From Spirochaetia bacterium (GTDB taxonomy: Bacteria > Spirochaetota > Spirochaetia > SZUA-6 > Bin103): a DNA stretch of 64,000 nt. Below, piece after piece: positions 61,435 to 64,000 of this stretch. Numbering within the stretch: the first letter of the stretch is position 1; each line of letters begins with the position of its first letter. The notes beneath the pieces were generated by a model. The model was not told where the DNA came from, searched no databases, and worked only from the letters and a program-made list of their open reading frames with translations. The stretch spans positions 640,001-704,000 of the forward strand of contig CBDBOV010000002.1 of assembly GCA_965208575.1 (NCBI GenBank), written 5' to 3'. The translations under genes and the position numbers were made by a program.

Positions 61435-63196
61435 CCGGCCCTCCTATGTGCGCATCCTGGCCAGGGTTATCGCCATCGTGGGGCGTCGTGCCCCAGTCAC
61501 GTTTGGGGTACTCGTGGCAGTCGACCTCGTTCTCATGGGTGCGAACGTGCTTGGATTCTACCTCTTGGAGGGGGTCATCTCGCGACTGGGTAACACCCAG
61601 CATCTGGACGAGATCGTTGCAGCTATCGTCGTCGTCGGCATCGTGCTGGTGATTCCGGAATTGCTGGAAATGGCCGCCGATCCCATTGCCACGCTCTTTT
61701 GGGGCAGGAGCATCGGGGCACTTACCGAGATGATGAATGACAAGGTGAAGCGGTTGGAGGTGATCGACTTCGAGACCCTCGATGCCAACGAACGCCTGCA
61801 GTTGGCTGCTTCCGGAAAGTACGGCGCCGTTTCAATGCTGCTGTCGTTCCTGTTCCCGATGTTTCAACTGGTTTTCTTCGCCCTTGCGGGTATTTATCTC
61901 TACACGCTTTCGCCGCTTCTGACCCTGGTGATTCCGTTCATCTTCGCTCCCCGTATTGCGATCCACCTGGTGCGCGGCAGCCGCTACTACCGGCTCGAAC
62001 GCAAGACGGTACCGACACTGCGGGAATATCAGTACCTGGAGCAGTGCGTAGTCGATCGCGAGTACTTCAAGGAAACCAGGGTCCTTGGCGCGGGTGCGCA
62101 TTTCCTGCAGCGGTATCGAGACACGATTCGCCGATTCAACACGCAACGATGGCACGAAGATCGTCGTATCGCAAGGATCGAACTGGGGCTGAACGTCCTC
62201 GTCGCACTCGGTTACGGCGGCGCGTTTGTGCTGGCGGCGCTTCTGTTGGCCTCGGGCAGCATCGGCGTCGGCGGGTTCGCGGTGGTGATCTACGCGGTGA
62301 GCAAGTTCATGCTGATGACCGAGGCCGTAACGGAGATGTTCGGTGAGTCGTATCGCGCCAGTGCGACCGCGGCGCATTTCATCGAGTTTCTCGAGCGCGA
62401 CGAGGGCAGACCGATGATGAATGGTGAGTGCAGCGAACCGGCGGCCGGCGTAGCGGCGCGTGCGGTTGCCTTCACCTACCCGGGAACCGAGCGCGCGGCG
62501 GTAAGTGAGATCAACCTGGAGGTCACGCCCGGCACAACGCTCGCGCTGGTGGGAGCCAACGGCGCCGGCAAGACCACGCTCGCCAAGCTGCTGCTCGGGC
62601 TGTACGTGCCGAGCGCCGGGCGGGTAGTCCGGCGGGGCGTCGACACCCGGGAGGCGGCCAGGAGCAACATTCGGGCCGGTACCTCGGCGGTGTTCCAGAA
62701 CTACCAGCGCTACCAGATGAGCCTGCGCGATAACGTGGTCCTGGCCGATACCGCGGCAGGGTCTGACGAGGAGCGGGTACTGCGGGCGCTGCGCGACGGC
62801 GGCGTGCCCGACGAGCTTTGGCAGGGTCCGGACGGGCTCGACGTGATGCTGTCGCGGGAGTTCGGCACTCGCGACCTGTCGCTCGGGCAGTGGCAGCGCC
62901 TGGCGATCGCGCGCGGGTTGTTCCGGGAGCATGACACGATCCTGCTGGACGAACCGACCGCGTCGATCGACCCGCTGGAGGAGCAGGCGGTGTACCAGCG
63001 GTTCATGAAGATCGCGGCCGGACGCACCGCCATCATCGTCACCCACCGGCTCGCGTCGGCACGCCTCGCCGACCGCATCCTGGTGCTGGATGGCGGGCGG
63101 ATCGTCGAAGACGGCACCCACGAGGAGCTGCTCGCCCGCCGCGGCCTGTACCATCGCATGTTCACCGCCCAGGCGGCCTGGTACCGGAGGAACTGA
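61421..63196 (+). CDS. ABC transporter, fused TMD-NBD (exporter fold), subunit 2
   Basis: TM domain, GANGAGKTT, LSLGQWQR, LDEPTASID, THRL; overlaps subunit 1. Confidence 0.92.
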   Translation: MQRDSRPSYVRILARVIAIVGRRAPVTFGVLVAVDLVLMGANVLGFYLLEGVISRLGNTQHLDEIVAAIVVVGIVLVIPELLEMAADPIATLFWGRSIGALTEMMNDKVKRLEVIDFETLDANERLQLAASGKYGAVSMLLSFLFPMFQLVFFALAGIYLYTLSPLLTLVIPFIFAPRIAIHLVRGSRYYRLERKTVPTLREYQYLEQCVVDREYFKETRVLGAGAHFLQRYRDTIRRFNTQRWHEDRRIARIELGLNVLVALGYGGAFVLAALLLASGSIGVGGFAVVIYAVSKFMLMTEAVTEMFGESYRASATAAHFIEFLERDEGRPMMNGECSEPAAGVAARAVAFTYPGTERAAVSEINLEVTPGTTLALVGANGAGKTTLAKLLLGLYVPSAGRVVRRGVDTREAARSNIRAGTSAVFQNYQRYQMSLRDNVVLADTAAGSDEERVLRALRDGGVPDELWQGPDGLDVMLSREFGTRDLSLGQWQRLAIARGLFREHDTILLDEPTASIDPLEEQAVYQRFMKIAAGRTAIIVTHRLASARLADRILVLDGGRIVEDGTHEELLARRGLYHRMFTAQAAWYRRN

Positions 63197-63255
63197 CGCG
63201 CGCGGGTGGGTGCAATTGCTTGCGAGCGCCGGGTACTGCTGCTACCCTTGATCGC

Positions 63256-63612
63256 GTGGCATCTCCCCGCTTCTCCACCGATGTTCTGGACCGGGCGATC
63301 GAACGGCGCCGCCGCGCCGCTGAGCAACTCAGGACGGCGACGAGAGCGCGCCTGGCGCACGCGCTGGAGGCCGCGCCGGTGCCGGTCGAACGCGCGATCA
63401 TCTTCGGTTCCATAGATCGTCCCGGCCACTTCGACGCCAACTCCGACGTCGACGTCGCCGTCGGCGAGCTTCGGGCGCGCGACTACTTCACGCTCAAGAG
63501 CTACCTGGAACACGCCCTGTGCCGGGAGGTAGACCTGGTAGAGTTCGACCGCTGCCACTTCGCGGCCAGCATCCGGCGCACCGGTACGAAATGGACGAGG
63601 CACGCTACGTAG
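63256..63612 (+). CDS. minimal nucleotidyltransferase (MNT antitoxin)
   Basis: IFGS...SDVDVAV...VDLV motif. Confidence 0.88.
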   Translation: MASPRFSTDVLDRAIERRRRAAEQLRTATRARLAHALEAAPVPVERAIIFGSIDRPGHFDANSDVDVAVGELRARDYFTLKSYLEHALCREVDLVEFDRCHFAASIRRTGTKWTRHAT

Positions 63613-64000
63613 TCTTCGCCGCCGAAGCGCGTGCTCAACTGCGGCAGGTCGCTCTCATCCACGAGCGCATCGACCACCGCGAGCGGGAGAGCGGCGTGGC
63701 CGGACTGGAGAGTCTCGCCTACCAGCTTCACAACCTGTACGGCGCGATCGAGGAGTTGTTCGAGCTGGTGGCGGCGGCGTTCGAGAATCAGCTTCAGGGT
63801 GGAGGCGGGTACCACATCGAGTTGCTCAGACGCATGACGATAGCCGTCGACGGCGTCCGTCCGCGGGTAATTTCTGATCACACCCTGGCGGCGCTCAACT
63901 CATTGCGCGGCTTTCGCCACGTGTTTCGTCATGCCTACGGCGGCGGACTGGATCGGCGCAGGATCGCCCTGCTCGTCGAAGACGCGCGCGCGGTGCGCGA
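63591..64000 (+). CDS. HEPN-domain (HepT-like) ribonuclease toxin, partial at window end
   Basis: Hand translation MDEARYVVF...LHNLYGAIEELF...YHIELL...LRGFRHVFRHAY gives an RxxxxH motif. Not in the ORF track because no stop occurs within the window. Confidence 0.87.
   Translation, partial: MDEARYVVFAAEARAQLRQVALIHERIDHRERESGVAGLESLAYQLHNLYGAIEELFELVAAAFENQLQGGGGYHIELLRRMTIAVDGVRPRVISDHTLAALNSLRGFRHVFRHAYGGGLDRRRIALLVEDARAVR

Overview
This is a very GC-rich bacterial chromosome segment. It is most likely from a Spirochaetia-like organism, judged from the ymdB-lptC-lptA-lptB-rpoN-hpf-hprK-ptsH-lexA-holA gene order and 'AGGE/AEGQ'-type signal peptides; this assignment is inference. Most of the window is housekeeping: metG, trpS, htpG, gltA, purM, folC, murA, uvrC, dcd, rpmE2, arfB, tRNA-Leu(CAG) and tRNA-Ala(CGC). 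It also carries several ABC transporters, three toxin-antitoxin loci (HigBA, a ParE remnant, MNT-HEPN) and two tandem FG-GAP/ASPIC-UnbV lipoproteins. The main observations are: (1) a 60-aa bacterial histone-fold gene at 47476-47658 with its own -10 box and strong RBS; (2) a histidine-phosphatase gene frameshifted exactly at a perfect 45-bp palindrome; (3) an unannotated 88-bp dispersed intergenic element in two about 80%-identical copies; (4) similarly sized (about 80 aa) Ala/Pro/Gly-rich in-frame insertions in three unrelated enzymes; and (5) an ASPIC-UnbV pair, an orphan family-5 binding protein and an exporter-fold ABC pair lying together. No CRISPR array, rRNA or intact transposase/integrase was seen. 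Start codons were refined by eye and are approximate.
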